DNA from: Candidatus Tayloriibacteriota bacterium
GTDB lineage: Bacteria; Patescibacteriota; Minisyncoccia; Phycocordibacterales; PALSA-1337
DNA length: 64,000 nucleotides
Direction: 5' to 3'
NCBI GenBank assembly: GCA_052034805.1
Contig: JBPOID010000005.1
Span: forward strand, 119,985-183,984
Part shown: in pieces, positions 10,493 to 19,685 of the stretch
Layout: the number at the start of each line of letters is the position of its first letter
Position numbering within the stretch: the first letter of the stretch is position 1
Notes under the pieces: model-generated
What the model saw: the letters and a program-made list of their open reading frames with translations, nothing else
Database searches by the model: none
What the model was told of the DNA's origin: nothing
Program-made: the position numbers and the translations under genes

Positions 10493-10876
10493 TTGACGTA
10501 CTTATAAGCCGAATTCTGTACATTGTTTCATATATCTTGCGATATAAAACTTTGCGACAATCATTTATCTGGGATTAATCTTGCGATTAACCTCAAGCGG
10601 CACTCCCGCCAATATAATAAACAATGAATCTATTTATTATATTGGCGGGCACGGCCTTGCACTGAGATAAGGATTTTGCCGTTGCACTCTCTATGTTTCC
10701 ATAAAGACTAATCCTTGCGGATCTATTTGCCATTTCTAGCAAATACGTCTCTGTTCGCACCTCGTGGATCGCTCCAGATGGGTGTTACCCATTACCTTAC
10801 TGTTTATCTTGCGATAAACCAGTGTTCGGACTTTCCTCTATAAAACTTGCGTTCTATAGCGACTGTCTAGTACGTG
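10493..10876 (-). ncRNA. rnpB: RNase P RNA (bacterial type A-like)
   Basis: The minus strand contains the P4 strands GAGGAAAGTCCGAACAC and ACAGAATTCGGCTTATAAG. It has a P1 pairing ACGTACT/AGTACGT. There are three GCAA-tetraloop hairpins (ATCGCAAGAT x3). AGTGCAACGGCAAAATCC matches the CAGUGCAACAGAGAGCAAACCGCC region of E. coli M1 RNA. Confidence 0.8.
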
Positions 10877-10881
10877 AATAT

Positions 10882-10910
10882 ATTATGCCAGATTTATCTA
10901 TATATTGCAA
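10882..10910 (-). promoter_or_regulatory. sigma70-like promoter for rnpB
   Basis: On the minus strand the sequence is TTGCAA, a 17-nt spacer, then CATAAT. The predicted P1 5-prime end lies about 7 nt downstream. Confidence 0.5.
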
Positions 10911-10973
10911 GTGCGATGTGCAGTGCAATTATACACTATAAATATTACTTTTTTATTATCTTCTTAAGCCTGA

Positions 10974-11984
10974 TTATTCCCCGTCTTTATCTTCTTTTTT
11001 CTTGTCTGTATGAGCTCTAACATCTACTTCATAACTAGTATTTTGTGATTCAAAGAAATTCACAAGTTCATATACATCTGTAGCTGTAGTCATCCATTTT
11101 GCTGGATTTGTAACTTTATAATGTGCAGGGAAACCCAATTCTTCCAAACGACGATCTGTAACGTATTTTACATATTGATTAACATAATCAGCATTCAATC
11201 CTAATATTCCATTTGGGAAAAGATCTTTATTATAATCAACTTCTCTATCTACACCTTCTATTATTATATTTCTTATATCTTCTGCGAATTCTTCTGTTAG
11301 AAGTTCAGGATTTTCTTCTAGAATATTATGTATTAGATTTATACCGAATTTTAGATGAAGACTTTCATCTCTTAGAACCCAGTTGATCATTGAACCGAAA
11401 TTTCTTAATTGTTTTCTCTGACGGAAAGAAAGTGCCACCATGAAACCAGAATAGAACCATATACCCTCCATAACTATATTGGTCGCTACTAGATTTCTAA
11501 TAAAATCCTTTTTACCAGCTGTTGTACTCACATCGAGATTGACTTCAGTCATTCTCTTTAGGTATTTATTTATATAATTCTCCTTGGCTTTCATTGAAGG
11601 AATATTCAAATGATGCTCATAAACTTTCTCTCTATCGAATGGGAATGTTTCTAGAACGTATTCGAAAGCCACACAGTGATTCGCTTCTTCCCACATTTGT
11701 TTTGCTAGATATAGATGGCATTCTGGACTTTTCAAATATGGATATATTCCAAGAGAAATAGAACGATTCACTATTAGCTCAGCAGGATTAAAGAAAGCCA
11801 TGAGGAATTCCACAGCATGCTTTTCATCTTCGGTCATATTTTTCCAATCATCCAAATCTTCTTTTAAGGCTATTTCATGTGGAAACCAAGTATTTCTAAC
11901 GGCTTGATTGTACAAATCATAAGCCCATTGATACTTTATTGGATGTAAACTTGTATCTTCTGGTGAGGGTCGTCCTATAAGCAT
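10974..11984 (-). CDS. nrdB: ribonucleotide reductase class I beta subunit (R2)
   Basis: It has the ferritin-like di-iron fold with the EEANHCVAFEYV motif. It lies immediately downstream of nrdA. Confidence 0.85.
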   Translation of the reverse strand: MLIGRPSPEDTSLHPIKYQWAYDLYNQAVRNTWFPHEIALKEDLDDWKNMTEDEKHAVEFLMAFFNPAELIVNRSISLGIYPYLKSPECHLYLAKQMWEEANHCVAFEYVLETFPFDREKVYEHHLNIPSMKAKENYINKYLKRMTEVNLDVSTTAGKKDFIRNLVATNIVMEGIWFYSGFMVALSFRQRKQLRNFGSMINWVLRDESLHLKFGINLIHNILEENPELLTEEFAEDIRNIIIEGVDREVDYNKDLFPNGILGLNADYVNQYVKYVTDRRLEELGFPAHYKVTNPAKWMTTATDVYELVNFFESQNTSYEVDVRAHTDKKKEDKDGE

Positions 11985-12046
11985 ATATTTTTATAATTAA
12001 TTATAATTTTTTGAATAATAACTAAAAGTGATTTTATTAGCAAACT

Positions 12047-14845
12047 TTATTGGCAACTATCGCATTGAGCTCTTTCGGCTGGATCTATCGGACATACTTT
12101 GGCTGGATCTTTTATTTTTGGTTTTACTGCGACTTTGACTTGTTCAGTTTCCATATCCATAGATAAAGATGATGCAAGTGAAGATAAATCTGTGAATCTG
12201 TTCGGAGAAATATGTGATGATATATGTGAAGGAATTTCTACTTTTATATCTGAAGAAATAACTGGGATTTCATCATTTACGAGAGTATCTGCTGTATTTT
12301 CAAATATTTCTAAATTATTTATTTCTCTATTTTCTCTTGCTGTATTATTTATTTCTATTTTATTTATCCTATCTATTTTCTCTACTCGTTCAAATGTGGT
12401 TTCTTCTTTTATTTCTATTTTATTTACTTCTACAAAGTCCGCGACATCAGAAGGTTTTGCCATAGCCACCGCAGAAAAACCTTTTTTACCTAATTTCTCA
12501 GATTTATTTACCTTTATTGTACTTTGTTCCGCTGTATGTCTAGGCTTCATATGTAGATAATATGTAGACTTCAAACCTTTTTCCCATGCTGTCATATATA
12601 TATCCATAGTCTCATCTAGATCACGAGTTTCAAGATACATATTTCTAGATAATGCTTGGTCTATCCATTTCTGTGCACGAGCAGCAACTTCTATATATGC
12701 ATAAGGAGATGTTGTGAAAGAAGTTTTATAAATATCTTTTAGATATTGTGGTATACCAGGAATTGTAGATATATCGCCTTGTAATTCTATTATCTTTTCT
12801 TTTACTTTCTCCCATATTCCCATATTCTTTAGATCTTTTACTAGATTATGATTCAAATCTAGATATTTTCCTGAAATTTTATTTCTAGAGAAAACTTGGG
12901 CAAATCTAGCATCTATACCAGGAGTTGTACCAGCTAATAATCCTATATTTGCATTTGGTGCTACAGCCATAAGTGTGGCATTTCTCATTCCCTTTGTAAC
13001 TTTTTCTCTCAATAGATTCCAATTCAAACCTCTATGCTTGGAATCACGAACTACAGTAACCTTTACATTTCTAGATCTTTCTAGTTTTTCTATAGAATCA
13101 AAAGGCACTTTACCCTTTGACCATTCTGATCCCATGAAATTTTTATATGAACCTCTTTCTTTGGCTAGATTTGCACTTTCATCTATTGCCATATAGCTTA
13201 TGAATTCGAATATTCTATCTGCGAAATCCCAAGCATGTTCACTATCATATGCCATGCCCAAACGCTCGATAGTATCGGCAAATCCCATAACGCCTAGTCC
13301 TACCGCGCGGTTCTCTTTATCACTCTTATTAGCTTCGGGTATAGATAGTATATTTATATCTATAAGATTATCTAATTGTCTTACGGCTAGACGAACACTT
13401 TCTTCTAATCTAGACCAATTAACTTCTTTATTATTAACATGAGCTGCTAGATTCAATGATGTTAGATTACATACTGCTACATTATCTTTGTCTTGTGGAA
13501 GACATATCTCTGTACATAGATTAGACATATGTATAGTACCTGTATTGTTATTCAAAGCGCGTAGATTTATTGTATCTTTCCAGACAAGCCATGGATGTGA
13601 TGTAGTCTGTAGAGAGACAAGAATCTGTCTGTATTGTTCAGAAGCTGGAACTTTCTTGTATACTCTCATTTCACCTTTTTCTGCCTTTTCTACATAATAT
13701 GCATATCTTTTACTAAACTCTTGACCGTATAATTCATTCAAATCTCTAGTCTCAGCAGGATCAAACATATACCAAGGCGCATCGGCTTTAACTCTTTTCA
13801 TAAATTCATCCGAAAGATATACAGCAGTATTAGCTGTTCTCATACGCATATAGTCATCTCCAGCATTATGTTTCCATTCTATGAATTCAGGGAAATCTAT
13901 ATGCCAATTTTCCATATAGAAACAGAGGGCACCCTTTTTCTTTCCACCTCGCATTATGGCTCTTATGGCTGTATCAATAATCTTTGCAAAAGGTGTTGGA
14001 CCACTAGACACTCCACCGAAATTAGAATAAAGTGGAGAACCAGTAGCACGAAGTTTGGTTATAGAAAGTCCTATTCCTCCGGAATCTTTCGAGAGAAGCA
14101 TAACATCTGATACTGTCTTCGCTATATGCTTCATATCATCATGTATTTCGAGTAAGAAACAATTAGAAAGAGACGGCTTTGTAGTACCAGCACCGAGATT
14201 CGTAGAACCTCCTGCTATATATTCCATGCGAGACATTTTGTTGTAGAATTTCTTTGCATATTCTGTAGGATTCTTTTCATTATATGAAAGACCCATGGCT
14301 ATACGCATAAAGAAATATTGAGGTGTTTCTAGAGGATTCTCACTTGTATCCTTCAAGAAATATCTATTTATAAGTCCATCTAATCCAGCGTATTGGAATA
14401 ATTCGTCTCTTTCTATATTCAAGGTATTTGCTATTTCATTTAGATTGAATTTATCCTTCATATTAGGATGAAGTCTATTATTCTTTATTCCTTCTTCTAT
14501 ATATTTGAAAAATCCTTCTTTATGTTTTTCATTTAAGTCTTGTATATCATCCTTATCATAATCGCCTATAACTTTTCTATAAATAGTTTTAAGCAAAAGC
14601 CTTGTAGCAATTTTATCGAATTCTATATCTTCTTTTATATTCTGAACGGCAGCGTTTATCGTAGCTTTGTCCATTTCATCTGTAGTAATACCATTATACA
14701 GAGTAAGATTTGTCTCTGTAGCAATCTGAGTAACTTTTGATATAGGATCAGTAAGACCCATACACGCTCTCTCTATCGAGCGATTTATTTTGTCTGCATT
14801 AAAAGGGGCGGTTGTACCGTCCGAACGTTTGATTGATATACTCAT
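12047..14845 (-). CDS. nrdA: ribonucleotide reductase class I alpha subunit, with N-terminal ATP-cone and a long low-complexity C-terminal extension ending in CxxC
   Basis: It has an ATP-cone at the N-terminus, the catalytic core (NLCTEICLP, GLGVMGFAD), and a C-terminal tail ending CPIDPAERAQCDSCQ. Confidence 0.9.
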   Translation of the reverse strand: MSISIKRSDGTTAPFNADKINRSIERACMGLTDPISKVTQIATETNLTLYNGITTDEMDKATINAAVQNIKEDIEFDKIATRLLLKTIYRKVIGDYDKDDIQDLNEKHKEGFFKYIEEGIKNNRLHPNMKDKFNLNEIANTLNIERDELFQYAGLDGLINRYFLKDTSENPLETPQYFFMRIAMGLSYNEKNPTEYAKKFYNKMSRMEYIAGGSTNLGAGTTKPSLSNCFLLEIHDDMKHIAKTVSDVMLLSKDSGGIGLSITKLRATGSPLYSNFGGVSSGPTPFAKIIDTAIRAIMRGGKKKGALCFYMENWHIDFPEFIEWKHNAGDDYMRMRTANTAVYLSDEFMKRVKADAPWYMFDPAETRDLNELYGQEFSKRYAYYVEKAEKGEMRVYKKVPASEQYRQILVSLQTTSHPWLVWKDTINLRALNNNTGTIHMSNLCTEICLPQDKDNVAVCNLTSLNLAAHVNNKEVNWSRLEESVRLAVRQLDNLIDINILSIPEANKSDKENRAVGLGVMGFADTIERLGMAYDSEHAWDFADRIFEFISYMAIDESANLAKERGSYKNFMGSEWSKGKVPFDSIEKLERSRNVKVTVVRDSKHRGLNWNLLREKVTKGMRNATLMAVAPNANIGLLAGTTPGIDARFAQVFSRNKISGKYLDLNHNLVKDLKNMGIWEKVKEKIIELQGDISTIPGIPQYLKDIYKTSFTTSPYAYIEVAARAQKWIDQALSRNMYLETRDLDETMDIYMTAWEKGLKSTYYLHMKPRHTAEQSTIKVNKSEKLGKKGFSAVAMAKPSDVADFVEVNKIEIKEETTFERVEKIDRINKIEINNTARENREINNLEIFENTADTLVNDEIPVISSDIKVEIPSHISSHISPNRFTDLSSLASSLSMDMETEQVKVAVKPKIKDPAKVCPIDPAERAQCDSCQ

Positions 14846-15001
14846 ATTTTTTTAATTAATAAGGCTTTGCTGTAATTATACTTCACAAAAAAATTAAATA
14901 GAATACAAAATCAATAATATTTCATAGTCATGAAATAAAATTCAATCCATGTAAACAGACAAAGTATAATAGCTCGTAAAAATAAAGTTTTTTAGGTAAA
15001 A

Positions 15002-15469
15002 TTATTTACAATTTTTCTTTGGATTAAAAATGTCATTCAACTTTATATCGTATTTTTTAGCAAAACCAGCATTCATTTCTATAACATAAAGACTTTTCTC
15101 TCCTGGATAAAATATTTTTGGATATGATTCTGGAGAAACTTTTTCTTCAATATGAATAATTTTGTAATCCTCATCAAGCCAAATAATATCTATAGGAAAT
15201 TTCATATCCTTCATCCAAAATCCATAATTATCAGAATGATCAAAAGTAAAAAGCATTATAGAATTATCTGATAATTTATCCATTCCGCCCAGACCTTTTT
15301 CTCTTGATTCTATAGTATTAGCATCTATAATATCGAATCTATTACAAATATTATTTGTTGTATTATTTATTATTGTATTTCTATTAGATACATCTTTATT
15401 ATATGAATAAAAATAAAGAGTAGAAATAACAATTAACAATACAATTATTATAGAATATTTAATCTTCAT
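15002..15469 (-). CDS. DUF192 (COG1430) family secreted protein
   Basis: It has a signal anchor. The motif GLGGMDKLSDNSIMLFTF...FWMKDMKFPIDIIWLDEDYKII...YVIEMNAGFAKKYDI matches the DUF192 pattern. Confidence 0.6.
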   Translation of the reverse strand: MKIKYSIIIVLLIVISTLYFYSYNKDVSNRNTIINNTTNNICNRFDIIDANTIESREKGLGGMDKLSDNSIMLFTFDHSDNYGFWMKDMKFPIDIIWLDEDYKIIHIEEKVSPESYPKIFYPGEKSLYVIEMNAGFAKKYDIKLNDIFNPKKNCK

Positions 15470-15858
15470 TCTGATATTTTACCATCAAAATGTTCATTAT
15501 CTAATTCAGCTTCTGCTTTTGTTTTATGTATTACACCATCTCTATGATGAGGTGGAGTATATAGAGTATAGAGTTTCATATAATCATTACCTGTATTTAT
15601 AATATTATGCTTTACACCAGCTGGCACAACTATAGAATATCCATCATATATATCATGTATTTCACCGTTAAGTATTGCTTGCCCTTCACCTTTCTCTATT
15701 CTGAGAAATTGATCAACATCATGAATCTCTTCACCTATTTCTTCTTTTGGCAAAAGAGACATTAGAACTAATTGAGTATTTTTATCAGTATAAAGAACTT
15801 TTCTAAAATTTTCATTTTCTAAAGATAATTTCTCTATGTTATTTATATATCCGTTCAT
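15466..15858 (-). CDS. cupin domain protein
   Basis: The cupin_2 motifs are IHDVDQFLRIEKGEG...NGEIHDIYDGYSIVVPAGVKHNIINTGN. Confidence 0.6.
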   Translation of the reverse strand: MNGYINNIEKLSLENENFRKVLYTDKNTQLVLMSLLPKEEIGEEIHDVDQFLRIEKGEGQAILNGEIHDIYDGYSIVVPAGVKHNIINTGNDYMKLYTLYTPPHHRDGVIHKTKAEAELDNEHFDGKISE

Positions 15859-16005
15859 ATATTTTTGATTAATTGATAAAAATAAAGATTGGTTTATTAG
15901 ATCTTATTATTTTAATTATAAATCTTATTGGATTTTATGTATAGGTAGATATTTACTAAACTATTAATACTGTTTAATTCATTTCCATTGTATAATTAAC
16001 TAACT

Positions 16006-16308
16006 ATGAATATCATAATAGCTCAAATCATTATTTTGTTTGTTGTAATATATCTTTATTTTTCTTCATCAAAAACTGGAGATAGTAAAGATTGGTTAAG
16101 AGCAATTGTACTTGCTATTGCTATACCGTTACTCTCTTTACTTCCTGCATATATTGGCTCTTTAGGATGGATTATAGCTATTGTAGTTACTTTAGCTCTT
16201 ATATCCAAACTCACAGGTCAATCAGTAACAGATTCATTATTATTCCTTACTATTATCGGAATAGTTCAATATGTGATTCAGACTGGGATAAGTAGGTTTG
16301 TTAAGTAG
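16006..16308 (+). CDS. hypothetical small membrane protein
   Basis: It is 100 aa with three predicted TM helices. Confidence 0.3.
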   Translation: MNIIIAQIIILFVVIYLYFSSSKTGDSKDWLRAIVLAIAIPLLSLLPAYIGSLGWIIAIVVTLALISKLTGQSVTDSLLFLTIIGIVQYVIQTGISRFVK

Positions 16309-16318
16309 AAATAAATAG

Positions 16319-16356
16319 AAAAGCATTCAGCCGTCCTTGCTTATCATTGCAGAGAG
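16319..16356. repeat. partial copy of the tRNA-Ser trailer hairpin repeat, with an adjacent tRNA-3-prime-end-like stub (gcagagag)
   Basis: The sequence aagcattcagccgtccttgcttatcattgc matches the right half of the repeat found at 16847-16886 and 50379-50416. Confidence 0.5.
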
Positions 16357-16377
16357 TTTAATACGCAGTTGGAACTT

Positions 16378-16716
16378 CTATTTTATAAATAAAGCTGAAA
16401 ATAAGCCGAGCATTCCCAATATTAGTCCAAGAAATGCTCCCCGTGATGGTAATTCATGAAAAAGCGCATAAGTAATAATAGGCTCCATTATAATTATGGA
16501 AGCTATAGATACAACTCCTACAACCCAAATATTATTTAAGTATTTAAGACCAAACATATATCCAGCAATCAAAAGCAACCCAGCCAATGCCATAATGCCT
16601 GACATTTTCCAAAAAGTTGTAGCAAAAGAATTTATATTTTTAGCTGCTATTATTTCAGAATAAATTGCAAGACTTTCACCAAGGAATAAAAATAAGATTG
16701 GGATTATTTTTTGCAT
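16378..16716 (-). CDS. small 4-TM transporter-like protein (SMR/EamA-like, DMT superfamily)
   Basis: It is 112 aa with four TM helices and the size and topology of a small multidrug resistance-type half transporter. Confidence 0.35.
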   Translation of the reverse strand: MQKIIPILFLFLGESLAIYSEIIAAKNINSFATTFWKMSGIMALAGLLLIAGYMFGLKYLNNIWVVGVVSIASIIIMEPIITYALFHELPSRGAFLGLILGMLGLFSALFIK

Positions 16717-16725
16717 ATACCATTA

Positions 16726-16750
16726 TATCATTACGGAGAGTGAGAGATTC
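16726..16750. repeat. duplicate of the junction between the trailer repeat end and the tRNA-Ser(GGA) 3-prime end
   Basis: The sequence tcattacggagagtgagagattcgg matches tcattgcggagagtgagagattcga at the true tRNA (16881-16905). Confidence 0.5.
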
Positions 16751-16846
16751 GGTCACAGGTCTCGGCTTACTGGCCTCGCCTGCGACCCCGCCTCGCTCGC
16801 CTTCGCGAGCTCCGGCTTTCTCATCTCTTCTCTTCACGCAATGATG

Positions 16847-16886
16847 ATAAGCTCGGACGGCATTCAGCCGTCCTTGCTTATCATTG
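16847..16886. repeat. hairpin repeat immediately 3-prime of tRNA-Ser(GGA)
   Basis: The sequence is ataagctcggacggcattcagccgtccttgcttatcattg, with a perfect 7-bp stem GGACGGC/GCCGTCC. The same unit lies 3-prime of the tRNA at 50417-50508. Confidence 0.6.
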
Positions 16887-16973
16887 CGGAGAGTGAGAGA
16901 TTCGAACTCTCGATGCCCTTTCGGACATACATCCTTTCCAGGGATGCGCACTAGACCACTATGCGAACTCTCC
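16887..16973 (-). tRNA. tRNA-Ser (anticodon GGA), class II with long variable arm
   Basis: The reverse complement reads GGAGAGTTCGCATAGTGGTCTAGTGCGCATCCCTGGAAAGGATG, then a long variable arm, then GAGAGTTCGAATCTCTCACTCTCCG. The anticodon loop is CTGGAAA. Confidence 0.8.
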
Positions 16974-17048
16974 TTATCAAATATTGAAAATATTAGGATA
17001 ATAGTATACTCTATTTTAGGATAAGACAACAAGAACAAAAGGAGAATT

Positions 17049-17432
17049 ATGAGTATCATTGTGAGATGTAGATTCTGTAGAGAAAATTCACTAGGACATG
17101 ATCATGATGATTGTGCCAAAAAATACGGAGAAGGTCTAAAACGGAGAATGACGGATCATTTCGAAAAGGATCCAACGGCCAAATTACCAGATGAAATAAG
17201 AGAAGAGATGCAAGGAGACAAATGGAAATGGTATTTGGAATACAAGGATCGCAAGAGAAAAGAAGAAGAAAGAACTACAGCAATAAAAAAATTAAAAGAA
17301 AAGGCAAAGACGGAAGTCGAAAAGATAATTAAAGGAAAGAAAGATGAAATCGACGATTTGGCCAAAAAATCCAAATTGAATGTTTCTTTAAGAATTGGAA
17401 TAGAAGTCTTTGTGGAGGAATCGTATCATTAG
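17049..17432 (+). CDS. hypothetical Lys/Glu-rich protein with N-terminal CxxC...HxHxxC cluster
   Basis: It is 127 aa. The N-terminus contains RCRFCRENSLGHDHDDC and the rest is a charged, likely coiled-coil tail. No family was recognised. Confidence 0.35.
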   Translation: MSIIVRCRFCRENSLGHDHDDCAKKYGEGLKRRMTDHFEKDPTAKLPDEIREEMQGDKWKWYLEYKDRKRKEEERTTAIKKLKEKAKTEVEKIIKGKKDEIDDLAKKSKLNVSLRIGIEVFVEESYH

Positions 17433-17481
17433 ATACAGAATACATTTCAAAAAAGCTAATCAGGACGATTGGCTTTTTATT

Positions 17482-18351
17482 TTACCAACCACCACTAGAT
17501 CCACCCCCTCCAGAACCACCACCGCCAAAGCCACCGAAACCTCCTCCGAATCCGCCACCTCTACCTCCACCTATCCACCAAGGATGAGCATTACCTCTTA
17601 ATAAACTTTTTTGATAAGCTTTTGAAACTATATAGTCAAATATAAGACCTACAATTATCAATATAATAGTAAAAATAATTCCGATTATTAATGATTTATA
17701 GACAAAACCGATAACTATACCCGCTATTGCACCGATCACTCCACCGAACCACCAAGATTTGGATCTACCGAGTATACTTGCAAGCCATATAAATATAAAT
17801 ATTATCCAGAAAAATATATCTTCATGAGGTTTTGAATTAGAATTATCATTTGGCAAAACATTTACCTCTCCATTCAATATTCTGATAATCTGTTCAACAG
17901 AAAGTCTGATACCTCCATAATAATCACCATTTTTAAAAGCAGGTGTGAGAGTATTCCTTATTATATTTGAAGATTGTGCATCTGTTATATAAGGTTCTAG
18001 ACCATAACCTACTTCTATTCTCATTTTCCTATCATTCATAGAGAAAATAATAAGCAATCCATTATCTTTTCCCTTTTTTCCTATTCCCCATTCTTGAAAG
18101 AGTCTATAAGCATATGTATCTATAGTCTCATCGCCCAAAGAAGATATTGTAACTACAGATATTTCATTCGTACTTTGCTTTTCATAATTAGAAAGTATAT
18201 TTTCTAATTCAATTTTATTATCATTATTTAATACATTTGCAAAATCATTTACAAATCCTGTAGGCTTTCCTGGGCTTGTATAAGCAGATACGAAAAAAGG
18301 TATAAATAAAGCGAGAAGTCCTAACGCTATACTTATACCCTTTTTCTTCAT
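17482..18351 (-). CDS. TPM-domain (YgcG/TLP18.3-like) membrane protein with Gly-rich C-terminal tail
   Basis: It has a signal peptide, a TPM phosphatase-like domain (GLLIIFSMNDRKMRIEVGYGLEPYITDA), a TM segment, and a GGGFGGGFGGFGGGGSGGG tail. Confidence 0.7.
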   Translation of the reverse strand: MKKKGISIALGLLALFIPFFVSAYTSPGKPTGFVNDFANVLNNDNKIELENILSNYEKQSTNEISVVTISSLGDETIDTYAYRLFQEWGIGKKGKDNGLLIIFSMNDRKMRIEVGYGLEPYITDAQSSNIIRNTLTPAFKNGDYYGGIRLSVEQIIRILNGEVNVLPNDNSNSKPHEDIFFWIIFIFIWLASILGRSKSWWFGGVIGAIAGIVIGFVYKSLIIGIIFTIILIIVGLIFDYIVSKAYQKSLLRGNAHPWWIGGGRGGGFGGGFGGFGGGGSGGGGSSGGW

Positions 18352-18362
18352 ATTTATTTATT

Positions 18363-18917
18363 TTATATACTTACCTTTGGAGCTTTCTCTGCACCTTGAT
18401 CTGCATTGAAGTATGTTCTTTCAGCAAAACCGAACATTGAAGCTATTATTGAACTTGGAATTCTCATGACCTTTAGATTGTATTCCTTTACTGTATCATT
18501 ATATTTCATTCTTTGAACACTTATTCTATTCTCTGTACCCTCAAGTTGTGACATAAGTGTCTGTACTGTATCTGATGATTTTAATTGAGGATAATTCTCT
18601 GTAATAACAAGCAATCTACCTAGAGCACTTTCTACTTCTCCTGCTGCTTTTGCTTTAGCATCTGCAGTTGTTGCACCTGAATACTTTGTACGGGCATCTG
18701 CTATAGCTGTGAATACTGCTTGTTCTTGCTTCATTATACCTTTAACTGATTCCACTAGATTAGGTATAAGATCAAAACGTCTTTGATAATCAGTTTCTAC
18801 TTGCTTCCATTGTGTATCAGCACTTACATTTAGAGTCACAAGACCGTTGTATGTAGATACTGTATATGCAATCAATAGAACTAATACTATTACAACACCT
18901 ATAATTACTTTCTTCAT
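18363..18917 (-). CDS. LemA family protein
   Basis: The LemA signature LVTLN...QWKQVETDYQRRFDLIPNLV...ITENYPQLKSS is present. It sits in the common pairing with a TPM-domain gene. Confidence 0.8.
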   Translation of the reverse strand: MKKVIIGVVIVLVLLIAYTVSTYNGLVTLNVSADTQWKQVETDYQRRFDLIPNLVESVKGIMKQEQAVFTAIADARTKYSGATTADAKAKAAGEVESALGRLLVITENYPQLKSSDTVQTLMSQLEGTENRISVQRMKYNDTVKEYNLKVMRIPSSIIASMFGFAERTYFNADQGAEKAPKVSI

Positions 18918-18962
18918 ATTTTTATTTCAATAATTAACCAATAACAAACGAAAAATAATAAA

Positions 18963-19634
18963 TTATTTCTTTGCTGGAGCTACTGTAGTTTCATCTTGTC
19001 CTGCAGGTCCTACAACATAAGCAAAAGATTTTACCATATCTGTAAATGCCTTATCTGCCTCGTCTATTATTGTTTTACTATTGTTCAACATTTGTGTAGC
19101 TTCTGAACCTTTATAACCTTTCACACTAGGATTTATATATATTGATGAGAAACTAAATACATAACAAGTATTTGCATCTTTCTGATGAGAATACATTCTG
19201 TCAAAATAATTTATACCCTGAACTGAATTGGACATAGAAATCATATTGAATGATAGATCTCCAATCTTTATAGTATTACGTTCTTTTACTGTAGTCACAG
19301 GAGGAAATTGGCATTTACCAGTATTATAAGAAACCTTTGATTCCAATTTCTTTACTGTATTTGTCTTTTCATTGTAAGGTATTGTGAAATTCACACCAAG
19401 ATCATATGAACCAGCTTCCCATACTGTTGGATATTTTACAGAAAAACCTAATTCTTCATTCTTGAATTCAGAAACCTTATCTGAAACCTTTGTTGTTTCT
19501 GTTAGAGTAGCTGAAGTTGTAGGTACAGTATTTGTCTCTGTATTTGTATTTTCTACATTCTTTCCCTTACCAAGAAACCATACCAAACCACCTAGAACTA
19601 CCAAGACTACTATTAGTGTTAATGATTTTTTCAT
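18963..19634 (-). CDS. hypothetical secreted/membrane-anchored protein
   Basis: It has an N-terminal TM or signal sequence and a Thr-rich linker. No family was recognised. Confidence 0.35.
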   Translation of the reverse strand: MKKSLTLIVVLVVLGGLVWFLGKGKNVENTNTETNTVPTTSATLTETTKVSDKVSEFKNEELGFSVKYPTVWEAGSYDLGVNFTIPYNEKTNTVKKLESKVSYNTGKCQFPPVTTVKERNTIKIGDLSFNMISMSNSVQGINYFDRMYSHQKDANTCYVFSFSSIYINPSVKGYKGSEATQMLNNSKTIIDEADKAFTDMVKSFAYVVGPAGQDETTVAPAKK

Positions 19635-19685
19635 ATATTTTTTAATATAAATTTAAATAACCTAAATGACTTTTAGAACTGTATT

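Noticed and set aside
12099-14740. Multiple 60-150-aa plus-strand ORFs inside nrdA. Similar antisense ORFs lie inside lepA, murJ, ligA, pilB, ftsH, recG and others.
   Set aside because: They run antisense to long, well-supported genes. Their translations are low-complexity, which is typical of AT-rich antisense frames.
16676-17059. A 127-aa minus-strand ORF spanning 16676-17059.
   Set aside because: It overlaps the tRNA-Ser(GGA) gene, the trailer hairpin repeat and the GC-rich junction duplicate. Its translation is low-complexity and Arg/Gly-rich. It is judged spurious.
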